DNA of 64,000 bases from Alphaproteobacteria bacterium (GTDB lineage Bacteria; Pseudomonadota; Alphaproteobacteria; UBA7985): assembly GCA_049612785.1 (NCBI GenBank), contig JBMZBW010000001.1, positions 7 to 64,006 on the forward strand, read 5' to 3'. This document shows, piece after piece, positions 33,479 through 42,924 of the stretch. Position numbers and translations under genes: made by a program. Below the pieces are notes generated by a model. It saw only the letters and a program-made list of their open reading frames with translations, was not told the origin of the DNA and searched no databases. Numbering within the stretch: the first letter of the stretch is position 1; every line of letters begins with the position of its first letter.

Positions 33479-34264
33479 TCAAAACGCAAGGGATTTCAGA
33501 AGTTCGAGCATGGACAGGCGGTTGGAAGACTCTGGAAAAGCCATTTCAGTCCAGAATTTTGCCGAAAATCGGGTTCGCTTTCGTGCTGTCAGGCCAATGA
33601 GACGAAGTTGATCGGGTCTCTTGGCCCCTAATTTTGTCAGCAGTGATTCGAAACCCTGCCGCTGAGACGGTGATAGCGCGAGGACTGAAAGTGCCGGAGC
33701 CTGTATGATTTCGCGGGCTGTTGCAGGCGTCCACGGGTTAAGGAGGGACAGCGCGCGATGATAAATCGGCACAAACAAATCCCGCTGTGGATCAAGTTTG
33801 ATGCTCAATTCGGTGGGCGTCAGCGCACGGTTGCCGAGATAGATTTTCGGATGCGCTTCCAGAGCAGCGGGGAGCCCCTCGCGGCGAAAGCCACCTGTGG
33901 CGGACCAGACAGGTGTGATCCCGAGCGCCCTGACAGCCTGGCTGGTTTCCGGGCCTGGCGTGATGATGCGCAAGGACGAGCGAACATCTGGAAACCAAGA
34001 TTGACGGGCAAGGGCAACCGCGGCGCGTGGGCTGGGAATGACAACCAGAGCCTCCTCCAGAGGCCCATTGGTGTCTGGCAATGCGGCTTTCACAGCAGAG
34101 TCGACAAAGAGACTCGCTCTCAGCACCCGGCACCCCCGCTGCCGAAGCACGGTGGCATAGGGCTGCGCGGCGACGTCCTGTCGATCTGTGCACATCAGAA
34201 CCAAAGGCTGCGATGGTCCTGAGCGGTTGACGAGCCTTGGTCGGTTGCGCCAAGCAGAGGGCAT
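33479..34264 (-). CDS. hemD: uroporphyrinogen-III synthase
   Basis: HemD-like two-lobe pattern, about 260 aa. It lies upstream of Mic60 and the HemY-like gene. The ATG at 34264 was chosen as start; it overlaps the divergent tsaD ATG. Confidence 0.65.
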   Translation of the reverse strand: MPSAWRNRPRLVNRSGPSQPLVLMCTDRQDVAAQPYATVLRQRGCRVLRASLFVDSAVKAALPDTNGPLEEALVVIPSPRAAVALARQSWFPDVRSSLRIITPGPETSQAVRALGITPVWSATGGFRREGLPAALEAHPKIYLGNRALTPTELSIKLDPQRDLFVPIYHRALSLLNPWTPATAREIIQAPALSVLALSPSQRQGFESLLTKLGAKRPDQLRLIGLTARKRTRFSAKFWTEMAFPESSNRLSMLELLKSLAF

Positions 34265-35324
34265 GTTGGTTCTTGGCATCGAGTCTTCTTGTGATGAAAC
34301 CGCTGCAGCGGTTGTGGACGCGTCGCGCCCGGTTGGAAAACGCATTCTCTCCAATGTTGTTTTCAGCCAATGGGACGCTGTGCGCAAGTATGGTGGTGTC
34401 GTGCCCGAAGTTGCTGCGCGGGCTCACGTCGAAAAAATAGACCCTGTCACGGAGCAAGCTTTGGCGCAGGCCGGGGTTTCCGTTGGCGATCTGGATGGGA
34501 TTGCCGCGACTACTGGGCCGGGTCTGATTGGTGGTGTGATTGTTGGGGCGAGCTACGCCAAAGCTGTGGCTTTGGGCGCGGAGAAGCCGTTTCTCGCCAT
34601 CAATCACCTTGAAGGGCATGCACTGACGCCGCGTCTGGTTGATGACGTGGACTTTCCTTATTTGCTGCTTTTGGTCAGTGGCGGTCATTGTCAGACTTTG
34701 CTGGTTCGCGGTGTCGGTGATTATCAGCGTATCGGGACAACGATTGATGACGCCATCGGAGAGGCCTTTGATAAGACGGCCAAGATGATGGGCTTGCAGA
34801 TGCCCGGAGGTCCGGCGGTCGAACAATTGGCGCTACAGGGTGATGATCGGGCTGTTCCTTTGCCGGTGCCTTTTAAGGGGCGACCGGGAACTGATTTTTC
34901 CTTTTCAGGGCTCAAGACAGCGGTGCGACGTGCTGTAGAGGGCGATGCCGGCTATCGGTCCGAAGACGTCGCAGCGAGTTTTCAGCGTGTTGCCTTTGAG
35001 TCGTTGATTGATCGGACGCGGCGCGCGGCGCAGGGCGTAGATCTGGGGCTGAGCGCACTTGTTGTCGCGGGCGGTGTTGCGGCAAACCAGATTTTGAGCA
35101 GGAAACTGCAGGAACTGGGAAGCGAGCTGGGGCTCAAAGTGGTGGTGCCGCCGCTGTCATTGTGCACGGATAACGGCGCGATGATTGCCTGGGCTGGCGC
35201 AGAGCGGCTGGCATTGGGGCAATTGGACGATTGGTCGGAACAGCTGGGCTTTGCGCCAAGACCGCGCTGGCCGCTTGACCCAGATGCCCCGAAGTCGACC
35301 GGTGCGGGTGCAGCGAAAGCTTAA
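34263..35324 (+). CDS. tsaD: tRNA N6-adenosine threonylcarbamoyltransferase TsaD
   Basis: MLVLGIESSCDETAAAVV start and HLEGH metal-binding motif. The start was trimmed to the ATG at 34263. Confidence 0.95.
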   Translation: MLVLGIESSCDETAAAVVDASRPVGKRILSNVVFSQWDAVRKYGGVVPEVAARAHVEKIDPVTEQALAQAGVSVGDLDGIAATTGPGLIGGVIVGASYAKAVALGAEKPFLAINHLEGHALTPRLVDDVDFPYLLLLVSGGHCQTLLVRGVGDYQRIGTTIDDAIGEAFDKTAKMMGLQMPGGPAVEQLALQGDDRAVPLPVPFKGRPGTDFSFSGLKTAVRRAVEGDAGYRSEDVAASFQRVAFESLIDRTRRAAQGVDLGLSALVVAGGVAANQILSRKLQELGSELGLKVVVPPLSLCTDNGAMIAWAGAERLALGQLDDWSEQLGFAPRPRWPLDPDAPKSTGAGAAKA

Positions 35325-35400
35325 CGGTGCGGGTGCAGCGAAAGCTTAGCGGTGCGGGTGCAGCGAAGGCTTAGCGGTGCGGGTGCAGCGCAAGCTTAGA
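35301..35400. repeat. tandem direct repeat, 25-bp unit x4 (ggtgcgggtgcagcgaaagcttaac)
   Basis: Four near-identical contiguous 25-mers. The first encodes the last 8 codons and stop of tsaD; the last abuts the stop of the convergent DUF1674 gene. Confidence 0.9.
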
Positions 35401-35608
35401 AATCGATGCAGCGGCCTTTGGATTGCCAGTCGCCAAAGGTTGTAGGCTCTTGTCCTTCGGGTCCGCCATCTTCGGGTTGGCGTGCTGCGGCGAGGCCTTT
35501 AAAGACTTCATGCACCGGACGCATGTCGCCTGCATCCCCGGCCAGAGGCTTTTCCGGCTTGGCGTTTGTCGACTTCTGGACCACTGATGTTTTGAATTCT
35601 GAACTCAT
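35396..35608 (-). CDS. DUF1674 domain protein (SDHAF4-like)
   Basis: 70 aa with C-terminal ...PTTFGDWQSKGRCIDF, matching the DUF1674 signature GDWE.KGR..DF. Confidence 0.65.
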   Translation of the reverse strand: MSSEFKTSVVQKSTNAKPEKPLAGDAGDMRPVHEVFKGLAAARQPEDGGPEGQEPTTFGDWQSKGRCIDF

Positions 35609-35627
35609 ACTGTGAAAGTAGTGTTTC

Positions 35628-36947
35628 TTGGCTGAAGGTAAAAGACCCCAAAAGGGCGCACGCCCTGCAAAGCCCGGACGTGTTGATTATGCCCGTCTGA
35701 CGGCGGCGCGAACGCTCGAAGCGGTTCCAGCCGAGGGCCTTTCACTGGATGAAGCCTTTAACCGGCAAGCCAAAGGGCTGTCACCAAGGGACCGGGGCTT
35801 TGCCTGGCGACTGGTGCGCATGGCCATGCGCCACCATGGGCCTTTGCTGCATCTGATGACTGAGGTGCTGGATAAGGGGCGCAGCGGGGTTCCGCCGTTC
35901 ATTCAAGCCGTGATCCGGCTTGGTTTTACGGATTTGCTGCTGTTGGACACCCCGCCTCACGCTGCAGTTTCCTCAACGGTGAACCTGCTCGGCACGCGCT
36001 CCACTCAACGGTACCGCGGGATGGTCAACGCGGTTCTGAGGCGAGCGGATCGAGAACGGGATGCCTTTCTCGAAACCCTCTCCCGGCAGCCGTCGCTTCC
36101 CCATTGGCTCGCCGATCGTTGGCGCAAGCAGTGGGGTGAAGAAAGCGTGGCGCACTTCGATGCTTTAGCGCGTCAGGAAGCGCCGCTTGATGTCTGTCTG
36201 GTGGATCGGTCGGTGCAGGTTCTGGACGGAGCGGAACCACTGCCAACAGGTCAGTTTCGGTTTTCTGATGGCTTTCCGACATTTCAGGACAGTGAGATGG
36301 GCAAAAGTGGGAAGTGGTGGGTGCAGGATTTTGGCGCGCACCTTCCCATTGCCGCCTTGGGTGACTTGAAGGGAAAGGTCGCAATCGATCTCTGCTCAGC
36401 GCCGGGCGGAAAGACCCTGCAGCTTGCCCGTGCCGGGGCAGACGTCGTTTCGGTTGATAACAGCGGTCATCGATTGGAGCGGGTTACGCAGAACCTTGAA
36501 CGCACAGGTTTGAAGGCTGCTGTCAAAAAGATTGATGTACTGAAATACAGCCATAAGCCGGTCGATCTGGTGGTGCTTGATGCGCCCTGTAGCGCTTCGG
36601 GCACGTTTCGCAAAAACCCGGAAGCGCCCTGGCTGCGCTCGCCTACGACTTTGCTGGAGCATGCAAAGACCCAAGCCAAGATGCTCGACAAGGCGGTGGA
36701 ACTGGTCCAACCCGGCGGCACGTTGCTCTATATTGTCTGCTCCTTGGAACAGGAAGAGGGCGAGGGACAGGTGCAGGCGTTTCTGGATCGACAGTCGCGA
36801 GTAAGCCTGGATCCTTTCACCGATGAAGATGTTCCGGGACTGTCAAAAGCGCTGACTGCCGAAGGCACCTTGAGGATCCTTCCAAGCCACTATGCAGAGA
36901 GCGGGGGCGTGGACGGATTTTTCGCGGCTCGCTTCAGGGTCGCATAA
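35628..36947 (+). CDS. rsmB: 16S rRNA (cytosine-C5)-methyltransferase, RsmB/Sun family
   Basis: NusB-like N-terminal domain followed by a SAM methyltransferase domain with catalytic Cys (LDAPCSASGT...YIVCSL). TTG start. Confidence 0.8.
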   Translation: MAEGKRPQKGARPAKPGRVDYARLTAARTLEAVPAEGLSLDEAFNRQAKGLSPRDRGFAWRLVRMAMRHHGPLLHLMTEVLDKGRSGVPPFIQAVIRLGFTDLLLLDTPPHAAVSSTVNLLGTRSTQRYRGMVNAVLRRADRERDAFLETLSRQPSLPHWLADRWRKQWGEESVAHFDALARQEAPLDVCLVDRSVQVLDGAEPLPTGQFRFSDGFPTFQDSEMGKSGKWWVQDFGAHLPIAALGDLKGKVAIDLCSAPGGKTLQLARAGADVVSVDNSGHRLERVTQNLERTGLKAAVKKIDVLKYSHKPVDLVVLDAPCSASGTFRKNPEAPWLRSPTTLLEHAKTQAKMLDKAVELVQPGGTLLYIVCSLEQEEGEGQVQAFLDRQSRVSLDPFTDEDVPGLSKALTAEGTLRILPSHYAESGGVDGFFAARFRVA

Positions 36948-36992
36948 GTGTCATTAAGGGGCGCACCTGAATGACTTGCTGGAACCTGAACT

Positions 36993-38543
36993 GTGACCAC
37001 ACCCCACAAACGCGCTCTCCTCTCTGTATCTGATAAAGCTGGCCTCGTGCCTTTTGCCCGTGCTCTGGCCCAAATGGGTTTTGAACTGGTCTCGACCGGC
37101 GGAACAGCGTCCCTGCTGGCCAATGAAGGTCTGGCAGTGACCAAGGTATCCGAGGTGACAGGCTTTCCTGAGATCATGGGTGGACGCGTCAAGACGCTGC
37201 ATCCGAAGGTTCACGGGGGCCTGCTGGCTGATCAGGCGAACCCCGAGCACATGGCAACGCTGGATGAGCAGGAGATCGAGCCTTTTGGTCTGCTGGTCGT
37301 GAACCTCTACCCTTTTGCCTCGACGTTGGCGGGTGGAGCAGATTTCGCGACCTGTATTGAGAACATCGACATCGGTGGTCCGGCCATGGTGCGGGCCTGT
37401 GCCAAGAACCATGCCTCGGTGCTGCCGATTGTGGACCCAGGCGACTATGAGCGCGTCATCGCTCTGATCGAAGCTGATGGACTGGATGCCCAGACACGGC
37501 GTGGGTTCGCTGCTAAGGCCTTTGCTCATACGGCGCGTTATGACTCGCAGATTAGTCGTTGGTTGCAGGATGCAGAGGGTCCGGCAGGCTTTCCCGATGA
37601 GCTCAGTTTTGCCGGCGCGAAGTCGCTGGACCTGCGCTATGGCGAGAATCCACACCAAAGCGCGGCGCTGTACCTCACCGCCGAACAACGCCCCGGCATC
37701 GCAACTGGAGAGCTGCTGCAAGGCAAGCCGCTTTCTTACAACAACCTCAATGACGCTGATGCTGCTTTTGAGCTGGTTTCCGAATTCGATGATCCAGCAG
37801 TGGCCATTATCAAGCACGCTAACCCTTGCGGTGTTGCGTTGGGGGACGATCTCTACGGCGCGTACCGTCGTGCCTTGTCCTGTGACGAAACCTCAGCGTT
37901 TGGCGGCATTGTCGCCTGTAATCGCACCTTGGATGGATCCGTCGCTGCGGCCATTACGGAAATCTTTACGGAAGTTGTCATTGCGCCGGATGCCGATGAC
38001 GCTGCGCGGGCTGTTTTCGCGCAGAAGCCGAACCTGCGACTGGTTCTGACCGGCGGCATGCCGGATCCGGCTGCCAAGGGGCTCACGGTGAAATCCATTG
38101 CGGGCGGTCTGCTGGTTCAGTCGCGTGATGATGAACAGGCTACTGTTGAGACCTTCAAGTCAGTCACAGCGAAGCAGCCCGATCAAACCACGCTGAACAA
38201 TCTGGCCTTCGCTCAGCGGGTCGCGAAGCATGTCAAATCCAATACCATCGTGTTGGTCGCAGGTGGTGCAACGTTGGGCATCGGCGCTGGGCAAATGAGC
38301 CGCGTGGATGCAGCTCACCTTGCCATCAAGAAAGCGGGTGAAGCCGGGTTGGATGTTCAGGGAGCCGTTGCTGCCTCAGACGCTTTTTTCCCCTTTGCAG
38401 ACGGGATTCAGGCATTGATTGATGCGGGGGTGAGTGCTGTGGTTCAACCGGGTGGTTCGATGCGTGACGATGACGTCATTGCAGCAGCCGATTCCGCAGG
38501 AATGTCGATGGTCTTCACGGGAACGCGACACTTTCGGCATTGA
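36993..38543 (+). CDS. purH: bifunctional AICAR formyltransferase/IMP cyclohydrolase
   Basis: [15 protein letters not shown]-like IMP cyclohydrolase N-terminus and a C-terminal AICAR transformylase domain. GTG start. 516 aa. Confidence 0.95.
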   Translation: MTTPHKRALLSVSDKAGLVPFARALAQMGFELVSTGGTASLLANEGLAVTKVSEVTGFPEIMGGRVKTLHPKVHGGLLADQANPEHMATLDEQEIEPFGLLVVNLYPFASTLAGGADFATCIENIDIGGPAMVRACAKNHASVLPIVDPGDYERVIALIEADGLDAQTRRGFAAKAFAHTARYDSQISRWLQDAEGPAGFPDELSFAGAKSLDLRYGENPHQSAALYLTAEQRPGIATGELLQGKPLSYNNLNDADAAFELVSEFDDPAVAIIKHANPCGVALGDDLYGAYRRALSCDETSAFGGIVACNRTLDGSVAAAITEIFTEVVIAPDADDAARAVFAQKPNLRLVLTGGMPDPAAKGLTVKSIAGGLLVQSRDDEQATVETFKSVTAKQPDQTTLNNLAFAQRVAKHVKSNTIVLVAGGATLGIGAGQMSRVDAAHLAIKKAGEAGLDVQGAVAASDAFFPFADGIQALIDAGVSAVVQPGGSMRDDDVIAAADSAGMSMVFTGTRHFRH

Positions 38544-38634
38544 TCGAAACTGCACTGGGTCATGGACTTTGATGCCGTCAACGCCTACCTACAGCCAGTC
38601 AAACATGTAAAAATTCTTTAGGACAACGGACATC

Positions 38635-41319
38635 ATGCTTCAGCGCTTCGCAAAAGCAGTCTTCGGTAACGCAAACGCCAAGTACTTGCGCGGCCTTGAG
38701 TCGAAGGTTGCGGCCATCAACGCCCTTGAGGCTGAGTATGAGGCGCTGAGCGATAGCGCGCTTAAAGACAAGACGGCCGATTTCAAACAGCGGTTAGCAG
38801 ACGGTGCGACGCTGGACGATCTTTTGATCGAGGCTTTCGCGGCTGCTCGTGAGGCGGGTAAGCGGGCTTTGGGCCTTCGCATGTTCGATGTTCAGCTCAT
38901 GGGTGCCATGGTGCTGCACGAGGGACGCGTCGCCGAGATGAAAACCGGTGAAGGTAAAACCCTGACCGCTACGGCCGCTGCTTACCTCAACGCGTTAAGC
39001 GGCAAGGGTGTGCACATCATCACGGTGAACGAATACCTCGTGCAACGCGATTCCGCTGACATGGGCAAGCTGTATCAGGCCCTGGGTCTGACAACCGGAT
39101 ATGTGACGGCGGGTATGGGTCTGGATCGGGGTGTGCTGACGCCGGGCGAGATCGATAACGCCAAGCGCCGGGGTTACGGTGCTGACGTGACCTATTCCAT
39201 CGCTGCGGAGGTCGGGTTTGACCACTTGCGGGACCAGATGAAACCAACACGGGCAGACATGGTGCAGCGCGGTTTCAACTTCGTGATCGTGGACGAGGCT
39301 GACTCCGTCCTCATCGACGAAGCCCGTACGCCTTTGGTGATGTCCGGTCCTGCGGTCGATGTTTCCAACGTGTTCCGGGCGACCGATTTGATCGCACAGG
39401 AATTATCTGAAGAAGCCTATACCATCGATGAAAAGACCCGAAATATCCAGCTGACGGAAGAGGGTGTGCCAGAGCTGGAAATCATCCTGCGCCGTCGTGG
39501 TTTGCTGGGTGAGGACAGCGGGCTTTACCAGCCTGAGAATGTCGGCCTGCTGCACAACATCATGGCGTCCCTTCGAGCCCATCGCCTGTTCCACAAGGAC
39601 CAGCACTATATGGTTCAAGGCGGCGAGATCGTGCTCATTAACGAACTCACCGGCCGTGCTCAACCCGGGCGTCGCATGGGCGACGGTGCGCATCAGGCGC
39701 TGGAGGCGAAAGAGGGGCTCACAATCAAGCCCGAGGCCACGACCATCGCCACCATCACCTATCAGAACTTCTTCCGCCAGTATGCCAAGATTGCTGGCAT
39801 GACCGGAACGGCGCTGACCGAAGCGGCAGAATTCGAAGCTATCTACAACATGTTCGTGACAGCGGTTCCGACCAACCAGCCCATGGTGCGGGAAGATCGG
39901 GACGACGTCATCTATCGCTTTGGTAACCAGAAGGTTCTGGCCATCCTTGACGATGTTAAGGAAGCGCATGCCAAAGGCCAGCCGGTGCTCCTTGGCACGC
40001 CGACGGTTGAAAGCTCTGAAATGTATTCCGCCGCACTCAAGGAAGCCGGGATCGAACACAACGTGCTTTCGGCGCGTCAGCATGAGAGGGAAGCCTTTAC
40101 AATCGCTCAAGCGGGTGCGCCCGGCGCTATCACCATCGCAACGTCCATGGCGGGGCGGGGGACTGACATCCAGCTGGGTGGAAATTACGACTTTGCTTGC
40201 GCAGAGGCGATCAAGGGCGTCCGTGACCCGGCAGAACAAGAAAAAATCGCGGAGACCCTTAAGGCTGAAATCAAAGCCGCGCGGCAGAAGGTGATTGACG
40301 CCGGTGGTCTTTACGTTCTGGGGACCGAACGCGGTGAATCGCGCCGGGTGGACAACCAGTTGCGCGGTCGTTCTGGGCGTCAGGGGGACCCTGGAAAGTC
40401 TCGTTTCTACGTTTCGCTCGAAGACGACCTGATGCGTATTTTCGGCCAAGGTCTTGATACCTGGCTCAAGCGTTTCGGGATCGGGGATGATGAGGCAATC
40501 GAGCATCAGTGGATTACCAATGCCATCGCCAAAGCGCAGGAGCGTCGCGAGGGCTACAACTTCGACATCCGCAAGCAACTGATCCGCTACGATGACGTTC
40601 TGAATGATCAGCGTCAGGCTTACGCGGACCTGCGCGATGAGGTTCTGGATGAAGAGGACCTGACCGAAAAGCTTGAAGACATGCGGGAGAAGGCGACCGA
40701 AGATCTGGTTGCCCGCTACATTCCGCCTTCATCCTATCCGTCTCAGTGGGATCTGGAAGGTCTCGAGCGGGCTGCGGCGGCTTTTGTTCCGGCAGGTTTG
40801 GCAATTCAGGAGTGGGCTGCTGAAGATGGTGTTGATGACGAAGTGATCATTGACCGGACGTTGGAAGCTTTCGACAAGCACATGGCGGCGAAGGCTGCGC
40901 AGATTGGTCCTGAGACCATGCGGGCTGCAGAACGGCAAATCACGTTGCGCGTGTTGGACCAGCTGTGGCGGGAGCACATTCAAAACATGATGCGCTTACG
41001 CGAGGGCGTTTCCCTGCGTGCCTTTGGTCAGCGTGATCCACTTGCGGAGTATCGTCGGGACGGTTTTGAGATGTTCGATGGCATGCTCGAGCGGTACCGC
41101 AACTCCGTTGTTGTGGTGCTGGCAAACCTCGAAGTGCGTCAGCCCGATCCGGCTCAGCAGCAGCCGGCTTCTCAAGCTGCAGCCCGACCTGCGGTTGCCG
41201 CGCCAGTCGCCGCTGCGCCGGGGCAGCTGACAGAAGAACAAATGAAGACCACGAAGCGTAACGATCCATGCCCATGTGGGTCCGGCAAGAAGTTCAAACA
41301 TTGCCACGGATCGGTCTAA
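38635..41319 (+). CDS. secA: preprotein translocase ATPase SecA
   Basis: DEAD-like motor domains and a C-terminal CPCGSGKKFKHCHG zinc finger. 894 aa. Confidence 0.95.
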   Translation: MLQRFAKAVFGNANAKYLRGLESKVAAINALEAEYEALSDSALKDKTADFKQRLADGATLDDLLIEAFAAAREAGKRALGLRMFDVQLMGAMVLHEGRVAEMKTGEGKTLTATAAAYLNALSGKGVHIITVNEYLVQRDSADMGKLYQALGLTTGYVTAGMGLDRGVLTPGEIDNAKRRGYGADVTYSIAAEVGFDHLRDQMKPTRADMVQRGFNFVIVDEADSVLIDEARTPLVMSGPAVDVSNVFRATDLIAQELSEEAYTIDEKTRNIQLTEEGVPELEIILRRRGLLGEDSGLYQPENVGLLHNIMASLRAHRLFHKDQHYMVQGGEIVLINELTGRAQPGRRMGDGAHQALEAKEGLTIKPEATTIATITYQNFFRQYAKIAGMTGTALTEAAEFEAIYNMFVTAVPTNQPMVREDRDDVIYRFGNQKVLAILDDVKEAHAKGQPVLLGTPTVESSEMYSAALKEAGIEHNVLSARQHEREAFTIAQAGAPGAITIATSMAGRGTDIQLGGNYDFACAEAIKGVRDPAEQEKIAETLKAEIKAARQKVIDAGGLYVLGTERGESRRVDNQLRGRSGRQGDPGKSRFYVSLEDDLMRIFGQGLDTWLKRFGIGDDEAIEHQWITNAIAKAQERREGYNFDIRKQLIRYDDVLNDQRQAYADLRDEVLDEEDLTEKLEDMREKATEDLVARYIPPSSYPSQWDLEGLERAAAAFVPAGLAIQEWAAEDGVDDEVIIDRTLEAFDKHMAAKAAQIGPETMRAAERQITLRVLDQLWREHIQNMMRLREGVSLRAFGQRDPLAEYRRDGFEMFDGMLERYRNSVVVVLANLEVRQPDPAQQQPASQAAARPAVAAPVAAAPGQLTEEQMKTTKRNDPCPCGSGKKFKHCHGSV

Positions 41320-41351
41320 GAACGGATCGCGCTTTCTGTCTTCAGAAAAGC

Positions 41352-41391
41352 AAAACGGGGATGAAGCAACTGCTCCATCCCCGTTTTTTTG
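41352..41391. terminator. bidirectional Rho-independent terminator after secA
   Basis: acggggatg...catccccgt stem flanked by an A-run and a T-run. Confidence 0.7.
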
Positions 41392-41422
41392 AAACATTGT
41401 CTGCAGACAAAATTCCTTAAGA

Positions 41423-41608
41423 TCAGCCCTTGCCAGGACCTTCAGCAGAACCTTCGCACTCAGCGAGGTTGTTGACGCCATCGGACGTCAGAATGCACGA
41501 ACCCATGCTGGAGCGTACAGCCTTGCCGTTGGAAGAAACGAGGTTGCATGCGTTAGCAACAGCAGCAAAGGCGAAGAGGGCTACGATCGAGCCAATGAGA
41601 GTTTTCAT
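41423..41608 (-). CDS. secreted Cys-containing micro-protein (62 aa precursor)
   Basis: Signal peptide MKTLIGSIVALFAFAAVANA, then a 41-aa mature region with three Cys. Located at the edge of an AT-rich region. Start chosen at the ATG at 41608. Confidence 0.35.
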   Translation of the reverse strand: MKTLIGSIVALFAFAAVANACNLVSSNGKAVRSSMGSCILTSDGVNNLAECEGSAEGPGKG

Positions 41609-42015
41609 ATTTTCCGATCCCATTTTTAGTTTAACGGTAATGTTCCATAACACCATAAAATCCGCAATCTCAAGATATTTTGGATGTTTGACACTGTGGG
41701 GTTCAAACCTTGGAGTTCTTGCAACAGTCACGTTCCCAGTTTGCGCCCAATCTTGCCAAAACCTAGGCAAAACGGGAATTTAGGGCGGATAAACGAGTGC
41801 TTTCCAAATTTTAGACGACTCTCGTACTGAAATGATATTTTAGTATCATAAGCGTTCGAGTCGCTGCACAAGTGTAACGCAGGCTTGCCATTTTTAAGCC
41901 TAATTCCTTGCGCAACCCGCTCAACCTCAAACCGAGTCCCTCTCAGTGGTCTGGCTGATAGCCCATGGAATCAAGGCCCCCCATGGGGAGGCCTTGGGGT
42001 CTGAAAATGGGTCCA

Positions 42016-42495
42016 TCAGAACAGATTTACGGGCTTACCATTGTGCTCGTTTCCGCTGATTTCACGACTTCCGAGGTATTTGTATTTACACTCTCCGATT
42101 GTGCGTGAATTGCCACCAACAGCTTGGCCTTCGACCTTCACTTTGTAGTCCCAAGTGGTCGGGCAAAAGACACCATAGATCCGATGCTGAGGCTCGCCGG
42201 TTTCGTCATTGTAATCGTCCCGGTACTCGAAGGGTTGAATGTTCGGATCGTGCGAAATGACGATTTCAATAGGGAAACTACCGTGTCCCTTCTGCAAATC
42301 GCACTTTGTCTTCAGAACTTCCAGCGTGGCGCGATCCACGTGCCCAGCGTGGAATCCGGTTGGGTACTTGTCACCTCGGCAAATCACCCGGTCTTTGATG
42401 ATTTTATGGTTTGTGTTCTTCAGGCCGTAGTCCACGCGCCCACAGGCCGATAAAAATATTGCGGCGCAGAATGCTACCAGTAGTCGTATAATCAT
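42016..42495 (-). CDS. hypothetical lipoprotein (about 160 aa) in an AT-rich segment
   Basis: Lipobox FLSAC after a hydrophobic N-terminus, six Cys, and a C-terminus ending in LF. The local GC is low. No family recognised. Confidence 0.45.
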   Translation of the reverse strand: MIIRLLVAFCAAIFLSACGRVDYGLKNTNHKIIKDRVICRGDKYPTGFHAGHVDRATLEVLKTKCDLQKGHGSFPIEIVISHDPNIQPFEYRDDYNDETGEPQHRIYGVFCPTTWDYKVKVEGQAVGGNSRTIGECKYKYLGSREISGNEHNGKPVNLF

Positions 42496-42924
42496 GGGAA
42501 ACCCCAGAAATGAAATGTCTTTCCTCCGCTCTCGCAAGCCAAGTGCCTTTTCAAGTAATTGAGTGAAATTACATACAAATGCAGGATAAGTAGGGAGCGT
42601 TGATGGCCGGATCCTTATCCGCGCCAGAATTGCCAAAGACTCGACAAAATACGGGAACTTAGCTTCTTGGATTCGTGTTTTTAGAGCAACAACCGGGCAC
42701 ATATCCCAAAAATAGCGAATTATCTTCAAGACTTTCTCCCAACGGAGGATCAGAAAGCTCCTGTGGCGTCCCTAATAAAGGAACGCAACGGCTCGATCTT
42801 CTTGTGCGAGAGGATCAGCAACTTCCCTTGTGCGAGGGAAGAAGTCCTCCAGACGGAGGCGAAAACTAAATTGTTGAATCCATCTGAATGTGCGTTCGGG
42901 TGGTTCATATGGAGAAGAGAAAAC

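Noticed and set aside
33792-34826. 344-aa minus-strand ORF spanning hemD and tsaD
   Set aside because: It is out of frame with hemD, antisense to tsaD, and has a high-GC low-complexity translation. It is a six-frame artefact.
36954-37817. 287-aa minus-strand ORF opposite purH
   Set aside because: Antisense shadow ORF.
39403-40578. 391-aa minus-strand ORF opposite secA
   Set aside because: Antisense shadow ORF.
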